Positions 24,708 to 34,162 of a DNA stretch of 64,000 nt are shown here, piece by piece. The notes below the pieces were generated by a model, which searched no databases, was not told the DNA's origin, and saw only the letters and a program-made list of their open reading frames with translations. This stretch comes from Phoronis australis. Taxonomy: Eukaryota; Animalia; Phoronida. Position 1 is the first letter of the stretch. Every line of letters begins with the position of its first letter. The DNA is taken from assembly GCA_002633005.1 (NCBI GenBank), contig NMRA01000055.1:1003285-1067284 (forward strand). Reading direction: 5' to 3'. A program made the position numbers and the translations under genes.

Positions 24708-26373
24708 AGAGCCAGCAGGAGTTTATTCTCACTTTTGAGTGCAAAAGGTTTGAGTGCGCAATTTTATTGTAAATCACCCACCATTGAAGGAAAGGGGCGT
24801 CTTAAGTTTCGTAATCCAGGGCTTTGGAAGAGCTATTTGAAGCTTTTGAGAGGTTCTACAAGAGCGCTGGAAATGGAGATCTTGATCGAACAACAAAGTT
24901 TTGGGCAATGTATATCCAATACATACAAATCTACCACACTGTCGAACGCGCAGTTAGATGAACAAATATTGATCTCTTCGCCACCATGTTGACACCAATT
25001 ACTGATCTGTTTTCGCAACAAACAGACAGAACTGTGCACTCTGGATGTCAAAATACCAACTTGACTTGATCAATTTAGAAAGTTCCCATCCTGCAGGCTT
25101 TTCAGCCAGACGATCGAACAATGAATTTGTGCGAATTCCAGTCGATCTTACCCTGGAGCAAACAATCAATGCTAATGCCGCTTACCCAATGACGGGAGAA
25201 ACATTGTCCATAAACAACTACAGTTCAAGAGTACGGTGGAATGCTACCAAGAACAGCCAAGCTGTGATTGTGAATGCAGCTCTCACTATGGTGGGAATGG
25301 GGAATACAAGAGACACTCAAACTGACCTCAGTCCAGCCAGAATAAGGAAAGACAATGGCGATCTCCAGAAGATCATCAAACAGATTGAGTCTAGTGCCAG
25401 TCCTTTCACACTTGATCAAAGCTTCCTTCTCGTCAACATCAGTACTGGAAAGGGTGTAATATATGCCACGAGTGCATTATTGTTCATCATTCCAGAAGGC
25501 GGCAAAAGCAGACATGAAAGCTTTGTCCAAGAATGCCTCGAAAGTGCAGAGCGCTTCGAAAAAACAATTCGTAAAAAACCTCTTCGCACGTTTTTAAGTG
25601 AGTGTGTGACCAATGGAAACTCAAACAAAAACGCAAAGGAGGCACAGCTAAGATGTACTAGAGCACTTCTTGGCTGCATTGCCTTCACAGCTGCAACAAG
25701 TGACATTGATCTCGAGCATGCAGGCTATTCTTATTTCCTCTGACACTGGTGCCACTGTCATTGTGTAACAATGATGGAATGATGGCTCACACGGATAAAA
25801 GCAAATTACAAATTGTTCCAATTTCTGGAAATCACTGTCGGTGACCATGGCAGCCGATATTTTGTTCATATTGTTGACGGCAATTTTCAATTCCACTGCA
25901 TGTCGCCAGATCAGCCTGCAAAGTATGTGGAGCTGTTACCAGCTTGGCGTATACATCACGAAGAGTCGACATCAACTTTGATACATATGAACGGCCATCC
26001 ACCAAGGACAATGAGAGATAGCGCAGAGAAGCTGTTGTAGGAGGAGAACTTGTTGTAGAAGGACCTGACCATAAGACTCGAGTTTCAAGAAGCAACAAGA
26101 TAAGAAAGCGTTTAAACGAGAGCTACCCGTCTCTCTCACCAAGGATTGGTCGAGCAACTTCTACAGTCCACTTCTAGATGGAAGACAAGTGTATTTGGGA
26201 GTGATGGGAGAGTGGATTTTTGGGCCCTCTTTTGGACCCCACAGGAACCAAAGCCCAGGATTGCGCAACTTAAGACGCCCCTTTCCTTGAAGTTCAATGG
26301 TTGGTGATTTACAATAGCATTAAGCACTCAAACCTTTTGCACTAAAAAGTGTGAATAAAGTCCTGCTGGCTCT
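24708..26373 (+). mobile_element. Internally deleted DNA transposon with ~125-bp inverted repeats and a decayed transposase-type ORF
   Basis: 24708-24827 and 26248-26373 are reverse complements. Between them, ORF 25045-25743 (GFSARRS..DLTLEQTIN..RW..SPF..LVNISTG..FVQEC) continues through frameshifts as FPLTLVPLSLC..DG..TDKSKL, IVDG and DTYERPSTKDNER. These motifs resemble a widespread large invertebrate DNA-transposon protein; a CMC/Chapaev-like assignment is tentative. Confidence 0.75.
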
Positions 26374-26752
26374 GCAACTAAATCCAACGAAAACGTTTCG
26401 TTATGGATGCGTACAGTATATCTACACTGAGAGCTAAATTCTTTACAGGAAATTAAGACCTATTAATGAGTACGTGTTTTTTTACTGAGACAATAGTTTG
26501 CTCTCAGCGCTCAACATACTCTCCGTCGGTGCCGGCCGTAGCACAAAATTAGCTTTTTGCTGTCTACAGCACAGTTTCCATCGTTATTTTCCAATGCTAT
26601 GATCAACACGGGGAAATTGTTTTATTACTCTTTACAGTCCAGAAGCTAAGACACGAAAATAGACTAAGAAAATTAAGAATTTATCGAATGTAAAGCGATA
26701 CTGCAGCACAACTCGGATGATGCACAAAAGTCCATGTATATGGGATATTAGA

Positions 26753-26915
26753 TTATTCCACATACATGTACATAGGAATACTAGTGCGATATCCTATCTC
26801 TAATTCATTTCATCTGGGAATGTCCCAACTCGACTTTCGGTCTCGTTGGAACATTCCCAGATGAAATGAATTCTCGATAGGATATGGCAGTAGCATTCCT
26901 ATGTATGTGGAATAA
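26753..26915. repeat. ~160-bp near-perfect palindrome (fold-back element)
   Basis: TTATTCCACATAC..ATAGGAATACTA..ATATCCTATC..AATTCATTTCATCTGGGAATGT-CCAAC, a ~15-nt loop, then GTTGG-ACATTCCCAGATGAAATGAATT..GATAGGATAT..TAGCATTCCTAT-GTATGTGGAATAA. Confidence 0.85.
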
Positions 26916-27699
26916 CTTATGTGACTACGACATGTAGATAACAACCTGATAGGGTTATTTACCGACTAACAATATAGGGGGCACAATTAGTTGTCGCATC
27001 AGAGAACATGTCTGACAATATTGAAAAGCATTTCAGCATGAAAAAAACATAAAATTTATTGTTGAACGGTCATGAGACACTATTTTTTATATTCGAAGAA
27101 GAAGCAAGCGGCTTAGCCGTATAAGCGTAGATACAGGTCATTGAATACGCCGTGAAATACATTATTCAGTGCGGTAAAGTAGAGCCATTTCACGGTTCAT
27201 GTACACTTTACGAAAAATGAGTGTTACTTTGGACACAATAACCTTCTTATAGGTGTTTGTATAAGCTGTTTTGTTCAGTAGTTTGAAATGTTTTAAATTG
27301 TTGACATGGGAATTCTATTACACGATATTTTCTGAAATAAAATGTGTGTATGATAGATACATAGCAGCGAGAAAAGCAAATGTAATACATAAAAAGTCAC
27401 TTTTCGTGAAATTCAAAACAATTTCGTTTCGTCCCATGGCTTCAGTTTTTTACAGTCAAATTTTCTACACTTAAACAAACTCAAGACTAACTTTAACATT
27501 TTCTTTGTTGTTGGTTTTTCTCCTTAACTCTTTAAGGAACCACATAAATTTACACCTATCGACCATAAAGTATATATTCGAAATACAGTTGACTTATACA
27601 AGCTCATGTAAAATTCGCTTTTGCTGAACACCATCAATGGTATAACAAAGTAAGCGTGCATTTCAGGTAAATGGCGGCGACAAGCTGAACGGATAAATC

Positions 27700-28000
27700 A
27701 TGGACGATCTTGACGAATGGCGTCTCATACAAAACCACGACATTCTTACACAGGATATCCCAGCTATTGAAGTATGCCAGAAATTACGTAGTGGACCAAA
27801 TCGACTATTTTCCCAAACTGACAACGAAATAATCGAGTCCAAACCAACAACCTTAGGGAAAAATGAAAAACTACTGGATATACTCCGTACTAAAGGTCCG
27901 AAAGCATACCGGGCATTACGAACCTCTCTTCAGGAGTTGGAGATGGACCATCTAGTGCAGGCTCTTGATCAAACAGACTTGACTGATTACGAATATCCAG
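27700..28000 (+). CDS. Exon 1: CARD (death-fold) domain
   Basis: ~95-aa helical domain with CARD hallmarks: L..N...L..DI...EV..KL....LFS..D.E.I....TT..KNEKLLDILRTKGPKAY..L...L.E....HLV..L. Confidence 0.88.
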
Positions 28001-31000
28001 GTACATGTATGTCATATTCAAGAAAAATTGGGAAAATGGATAGTAACCATATGCTGTTTATGCGGACATGGGCTTATTCTTCTTGAAAAGAATTTTCATG
28101 AATGATGTATTTCATTCGGGGAACCCCTCGGGTATATTAGCAGTGTCAAATTACCTTGTTGAATGTTAAAGCAAATTGGGTGTTTTCGTAACCTTAAATT
28201 TCCCCTCGGAGGTTAACATTATCTGCGCATGGGCGATCTTCTTTATACAGCCAATCATTTTCCTGCTTTATAGTCTTACGAATTGCCATGATATGACTGA
28301 AAATTGCCATATGTTTGACAATGTTCATCTTCAAGGAAAATTAAGGCTACGAAAATACCCGAGGTGTTCCGGATGCCGTCACAGGTGTGCCATGTGAAAA
28401 CTTCAACCATAAAGCCAAGTCGGGTAACATTCTCAATGGAGAAAATCCTTAAATATGTGGCGATACCCCTGTATTAAACTGGCTTAAACAAAAATTAACA
28501 GCAAAAGCATGAGAAAAACAAAAGATTGAAAGTGACGTCCCTCGTGCACTACATCTTTGTTTCTGTTAACTTGTATGGGTAAATATAAGTTATTACTTTA
28601 TTCTTCACTGCACAGAACGCGCCGTCATCCATGTTACGTCTTTCATTATTTTCAGTATTTGCCGATGAGCCACAAGCACAAGCCAAAACGTCTGGAATCA
28701 CCAGGGCGGCTGTTGGGAGATTTGCTAAAATCGGTGACCTTTATGACGCTGCAACAGACAATTTCTTGGTAAGTATCCCACGTTACGAAAACGAACCAGG
28801 CTCATTTACACTGGGTAGATGAACAAAACGACTGTATACTCAGGAGTGACATGAATAAAATGTCACGTGGCTAAGTGTGTCATTTCTTCAATAATTGCTT
28901 GGTATGACATCAGGAATTTTCAACAATCCTAAATATTAGTTTAGATCTTCCACTAGGACACGTACATGTATGGACTTCAGTGGATTGAAGGAAATAAGAA
29001 ATTGGGTTAATCCAGTAACTATGCTATCTGCCCGCCACCTATTGACTACATCATTTGACCTAATGAAGAGAAGTCCGAAAAGAATTCTGCCCCCCGAGCA
29101 GGACTCAAACCCTGGACCTTCTGTAATAGGTGTAGACGATCTAGCCACTAAGCCAATGGGACCACCCTTCACACACAAAAATACAATAAGAATTAAAAGT
29201 TTGGGTGCTCAGGTCACCATCCAGTGGGAGTGTGTCGCGGGACACTGTGGCAAGTGGGACAGTTGTTTCTCTATCTGTGGTATGCCGGAGGTCCACTTAA
29301 CCATGTCCAGTAGTGGCTTGGCCTCGTCGAACTCTGAACAGCGCAAGCATTCCATTGAGGTAGGCATAACAACGCACACAGTGTATTTGCACCAAGATGT
29401 GTCACCACGTCTGTCCTCAGTAGCCGCATCGTTTCTCTCAACAGCTGCCTGTGCCTGTGCGTGCATACTCTGCCTCGTTATACTCGGGCTCAAACATGTA
29501 CCCACCCACTGAATGTCCGTGAAAAAATTCCTCGTCACCACTGCTGTGAACAAGGTCTCCGTCACTCACACTACTGTCACTGTGATACGGGTCACCGACT
29601 CCAGCCATTTTCAGCTTACAACACACTAAACAATCCCTAAATCCAACGTAGTTGAGTTCTCTACTAACCTATCTTGCCGCAGAATACTCGCCGATGTAAA
29701 GTGGTGGTGACAATTGTTGAAAAACAGCACAAAACAAAAGTAGAATAGAACAGATTCGCACGGTAAAGTCAACGCAAAACCAAGTGGCGGGAAACGCTTG
29801 CCTCCTAAAACGTCACTTCCGGAGAAGCGGATAGGAAGTAATAAAATTACGAAAAGCTGTTATTAAGAGGCAAATATGTCTAGGATAACCAACCAACCTT
29901 ATTTTAGCTCAAAATGACATGGAAAAAGGTTGCCTTCGCCTTTAAGGGCTGGCAGGCGGCTCTCAGTCCTCGATACGAACAGTGGCCCTTCGTACATGAA
30001 GATCAGAAATAATAATGCTCTAGATAGCACGTGGAGTTGGTAAATCCAATCCCTGTGTTTGAGTGGCAGACAAAACTGTCCACCAGTGACACAACTTCTC
30101 CACCCGGCCTCTAATAGTTGCCACACTGAGTATCTCCTTTAGGCTACTGTCGAACGACATTCCCCAAGGATTTCCTACTTATCCGAGACTGTTGGTACGT
30201 TGTGGTCGTCCATCTTCAATACCAACACAAGTAAAACATGCCAATGTAGAAATTAGTTTTGTTCAATCGAAGTCGATTCGTAGTGCTTGTGTGCCCTCCG
30301 TGGTTCGTTTTACAGACTTTGTTCAGAAGCCAATTATTTGTGCGTGTGTCGTTGTCTCTTTCAGGCAAAGTCTTCGTTAGAGCCGAGTTGGAAAGCCTTG
30401 GATATAAAGGTTTCGCCCACGAATGACGAGTCATCTATCCAGCTTTTGGAAATAAAAAGTTTGAAACAAAAATTGGAGAAACTGAATATTGGCAATGATC
30501 TGAGTGCAAGTATTTTGCTGGATATGGTTCGAGTGGAAGGATCAGGAAGCATTCTGAAATTCTTCGGGAAATCCTATGACAAAGTTTTACTTTACAAAGT
30601 AACGACAGAAAATCACAGCTTCGACGTGATCAAAAACATTCATCTAATTGATAGGAACGTTTTAAAAGAATGTGTTGTCACTGGTGCTACTCATGTTGTC
30701 GCGGGAATTGATTGGGGTGCTGTATGCTATGTCACAAGTGACGTAGGACCATGCACTGAGAGCGATATTAGGCGCGGGCTTGAGGATATAGAGGAGACAC
30801 TCAAAGGAGAATCGGATAAACACGCAAATACAACCCAAAGCTTGGACGAGCGGCTACAGGAAACTGGCTCGGCATTATTCCGCTTCTTTTCCGACATCCG
30901 TTTGCAAGATAATGGTAAACCTGTTTCGATTGAGAAAGCCCTGGAGCTTGCAGGCTTCGTCCGAAATGGAAATCCCTTGCCAATTCAGTTTCACCTTTTG

Positions 31001-31438
31001 CCCATACAGGACCTGATTGAGCAATGTCAACTTGAAGTCCCCATAAAACCAACTTTTATTGAGCTGGATGATGAAGACTTGGTTCATAGACTCACAAGAT
31101 ATGTGGAGGACTTCGAAACATTTTTTGTTGATTGGAATGCCAAGCGAGACTATCTGTATAACTTCGATCGCTTCAACAATAACGAAAGTCTGAAATATGC
31201 CGATGAATTTGTAAGTCAAATCCGGGAAAAAAGAGCAGGAAGCGTTATCGAATTGAAAAAAAATGTGTCAAGAAAACGAAGAACTAAAGAATGCGGCGAT
31301 ACTGAAGAACTGGAAAAACTCCTTCACTCGTTTCAATCTACGTATCAAGCGAACAGCGACAAGTTCAAGGAGCTGCTTCGTCTTGATTTCGAACCAATAG
31401 ATCATGTTCTTACGGGCCCGAATGAATCGCATGTATAA
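27700..31438 (+). CDS. CARD + stonustoxin/neoverrucotoxin-like MACPF/CDC domain + helical bundle protein, 3 coding exons, ~495 aa
   Basis: Exons 27700-28000 (phase 1, donor G|GTACAT), 28656-28768 (acceptor TTTTCAG, donor TTG|GTAAGT, phase 0) and 30365-31438 (acceptor CTCTTTCAG, stop TAA). They sum to 1488 nt with an open frame. An upstream acceptor TTTCAG ends at 27666; AATAAA at 31585-31590. Confidence 0.8.
28656..28768 (+). CDS. Exon 2: linker and start of SNTX-like domain
   Basis: Reads VFADEPQAQAKTSGITRAAVGRFAKIGDLYDAATDNFL. The RxAxGRxxxxGxLYDxxxD motif is the N-terminal signature of stonustoxin-family proteins (ALGRPFxLGMLYD). Confidence 0.82.
28940..29163 (-). mobile_element. tRNA-derived SINE-like element in CARD-gene intron 2
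   Basis: The minus strand of 29090-29163 has an A-box-like TGGCTTAGTGG and a B-box-like GGTTTGAGTCC but no proper cloverleaf. The downstream extent is approximate. Confidence 0.55.
29209..29945 (-). mobile_element. Truncated TTAA-terminated DNA element (Kolobok-like) carrying a P2X7-ballast/nanor-like fragment
   Basis: The end reads TTAA|AGGCGAAGGCAACC on the minus strand (29945). A minus-strand frame from 29608 gives an acidic stretch plus YMFEPEY, then after a frameshift RRGDTSWCKYTVCVVMPTSMECLRCSE, resembling the WCxCxxCxxMPTxxECxCCxE motif. Confidence 0.6.
30365..31438 (+). CDS. Exon 3: SNTX-like MACPF/CDC core and C-terminal helical bundle
   Basis: KLEKLNI..LSASILLDMVRVEGSGSIL, LLYKVTT, ATHVVAGIDWGA, FRFFSD and PLPIQFHLLPI parallel the stonustoxin-family motifs (LKASFLGGLVEVGGSAKYL, LQYKATT, ATHVVTGILYGA, CKFHGD, VPxKVWLxPL). 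They are followed by a ~130-aa amphipathic helical region. Confidence 0.82.
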   Translation, partial: AKSSLEPSWKALDIKVSPTNDESSIQLLEIKSLKQKLEKLNIGNDLSASILLDMVRVEGSGSILKFFGKSYDKVLLYKVTTENHSFDVIKNIHLIDRNVLKECVVTGATHVVAGIDWGAVCYVTSDVGPCTESDIRRGLEDIEETLKGESDKHANTTQSLDERLQETGSALFRFFSDIRLQDNGKPVSIEKALELAGFVRNGNPLPIQFHLLPIQDLIEQCQLEVPIKPTFIELDDEDLVHRLTRYVEDFETFFVDWNAKRDYLYNFDRFNNNESLKYADEFVSQIREKRAGSVIELKKNVSRKRRTKECGDTEELEKLLHSFQSTYQANSDKFKELLRLDFEPIDHVLTGPNESHV

Positions 31439-31765
31439 TACAAAAAAGGAGGAATGGGTGGTAAATCAATATATATTCATATAAATATATATTGACACGT
31501 ATGTCGTTCAAACATGAATCACCCTCAAACACGACAGATAGAAAGTCATGACACCGACACCGTGATCGTACATTTATTACGTCTAATAAACTGATCTGAT
31601 AGTCATTGAGTAACGCATGAACAACCCTCTTCTTTAATACAGGTAATGCTTTCCGCAAAAATGTCGATCATTTTGAATTTGCCATAGTAGCCTTTTGTTA
31701 TATTGTTCTTATTTTGTTTGACGCTACAAAACTGTGGTGTACTAGATCACTATAGTTAAATTCTT

Positions 31766-32858
31766 CCGTTTCCGATGTCTTTGAATTTTATGCTAGCATA
31801 ACAGTTTTGTTGTAGTTGTCGTTGCTGTTGTAGGGTTTGAAATTTCGATGTTGCTTCAGATGAAGCTACTTTGTAACTTTCGTGAGGAATTTTATCAACG
31901 TGCGTGGTTAAATACCGTTCTAAGTAGTTCCAGCGTATTCCACCGTTAGACAATACAGTTACTGCACGTCCTTATCTTTACGAATTTGGCCCCTTAGCCC
32001 CTGAGTGTTAAGCAATAATGACTTCACTCATTAGCGACCGGGGCTGCTAATAATAAATAGAACGCAGTGTTCCCGTCAGGATAATTGACCTATCGCCAGG
32101 ATTACGACTGACGGCTTAACTGACGAATCAGAACACAGCATTCTTGACACACTTTCGTCTGCGTTTCCAAGCCGCCATTTTACTCCACAAACAACACATT
32201 GTCGTGTGAAACATATATTAGTCTATAGCTCAAGAAACTGTGCCATAAGAAAGGTGAAACGGTGTTGATATGGCTTGTGTAATTTCGACAGCAATTATGT
32301 AGCTCGAGGAGNCCGTTTCCGATGTCTTTGAATTTTATGCTAGCATAACAGTTTTGTTGTAGTTGTCGTTGCTGTTGTAGGGTTTGAAATTTCGATGTTG
32401 CTTCAGATGAAGCTACTTTGTAACTTTCGTGAGGAATTTTATCAACGTGCGTGGTTAAATACCGTTCTAAGTAGTTCCAGCGTATTCCACCGTTAGACAA
32501 TACAGTTACTGCACGTCCTTATCTTTACGAATTTGGCCCCTTAGCCCCTGAGTGTCAAGCAATAATGACTTCACTCATTAGCGACCGGGGCTGCTAATAA
32601 TAAATAGAACGCAGTGTTCCCGTCAGGATAATTGACATATCGCCAGGATTACGACTGACGGCTTAACTGACGAATCAGAACACAGCATTTTTGACACACT
32701 TTCGTCTGCGTTTCCAAGCCGCCATTTTACTCCACAAACAACACGTTGTCGTGTAAAACATATATTAGTCTATAGCTCAAGAAATTGTGCCATAAGAATA
32801 GTGAAACAGTGTTGATATGGCTTGTGTAATTTTGACAGCAATTATGTAGCTCGAGGAG
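31766..32858 (+). repeat. Head-to-tail 546-bp duplication joined by a single N (probable assembly artefact)
   Basis: 31766-32311 and 32313-32858 are nearly identical with a few SNPs, and the junction is the N at 32312. Confidence 0.85.
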
Positions 32859-34162
32859 AATATCCCGTCATTTTTGGGCATCTTCTAAGCCCAAAAGTGA
32901 AGGTGTAAACTATGAATCAAATCAAACTGTACGTGCGAACGGCCACGCGAGCAGCTGAACTTGGCGATGTTGCTTTATTACTCGAAGGTTAAACATAAAT
33001 ATATTTGTTCCTTTTCAGTTTGGTGACAATAGTATAGGCCTATTTGAGTTTGACTCCGGAATTTCACTCGTCTGGCCGCCTAATTCTTTCGGCACCTGCT
33101 GGCCGGATTTAAGCACAAGTCTAGCGGTATAGTCCCCGGACATATTTATTATTTTTCATTTATTTCGACCTAGTGGAAATCGTTTTGTTTCGTAGCAGAG
33201 GTACATTTTTGTTATTCATATACCCGTAAGCTGACGTTCGTCCGAACTTCTCTCCTAAATTAAGAGATTCGAGGAGGGGCACTGGATTGCTGAAATCAAA
33301 GCCTTGTAAGAGCTTTTGTCACGAAAAAATAAACAATTGGATTATTTTTTGATGAGAACCTTTAGTTTACACTTCGCCTGTAAAATTAGAAAGAGCTCAT
33401 TTTGAAGTTGTTCAGACATGATCTTTAGATGTATGAAGCTTTAAAAAAGAATTTGAGTTAATTTGTAAAAAACCAGACTTGTCATCGTTTGTAACCATAC
33501 CACAGCTTAGTGATCATGCTACAGTTAAAATTAACTCAAAGCTGCCTTTATGCAATGAAACTACAAAAAATGCGAAGTTCATAAGAAGGTACGTCATTTG
33601 TCTTAATGCTGCCCTTGCGGCCAATTTGGACACAGCCCTAGACCTACCAGAGCCAACTGCTTGCCCAGAACAAGATGAGTGTGTACTTGAGCTATGAACT
33701 TGAGTTTTTCTAAACAAAATATTTCGTTTGAAGATTAGAAAAGCGCAAACAGTGCTTTCGACTCGACCTACTTTCGGTGGAACTCCACCAGTTGTGACCT
33801 ACTTTTCATTTCGCGGAGTTTAGCAAACGGTGAATCTTCACTGATTTTGTTCGAAAGATCCTGAAATCTATGGCATCGTGCAGATAATTAATTATTAAGG
33901 TACACACCCAGTTTTACATGAGCATATCGCATCAGTAGCCTTATCATTTGTCATCCGAAGGTGAACCCCGTGTGGGGTTCATCGGATTTTTGCTGGCTCC
34001 GAAATACTTTTCCCTCGTCGCCTTTACAAAATTCCCACATCATGAACGTACGATTCTCTGCTGAAAGCATCGGTTGCTGTCCTTGTCGAAGCGTTTTCAG
34101 TTAGTACAACAACACTCATCGATTCCACCAGGGACGCCGTTTAGCGACAGTGTATTTGTCCC
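32630..34162 (+). repeat. Older diverged duplication, paralogous to ~43320-44987
   Basis: Colinear shared blocks: ATTGAC.TATCGCCAGGATT, CAAAGCCTTG..AAAAATAAAC, AAAATATTTCGTT..AGATTAGAAAAGCG and GTTTAGCGACAGTGTATTTGTCC. Confidence 0.75.

Noticed and set aside
25648-26157. Minus-strand ORFs with PPTTASL and LEQFVICFY as an inverted transposase C-terminus
   Set aside because: The motif order is wrong, and the plus strand explains the region as a frameshifted continuation of ORF 25045-25743.
28346-28423. Possible extra in-frame phase 1-1 exon in the CARD gene (GYENTRGVPDAVTG..)
   Set aside because: The acceptor is weak with no pyrimidine tract, and the sequence overlaps an arm of the inverted-repeat element also found at 17292-17480. 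It is not needed for frame.
29090-29163. Functional tRNA genes here and at 61265-61334
   Set aside because: A and B boxes are present but the acceptor and anticodon stems do not pair properly. Treated as tRNA-derived repeats.
30287-30364. ORF-track start of the 383-aa ORF
   Set aside because: Intronic. The coding part starts at the acceptor before 30365, in phase with exon 2.
31766-32858. 546-bp tandem duplication as a biological repeat
   Set aside because: The junction is a single N and the copies differ by only a few SNPs, typical of overlapping allelic contig ends.
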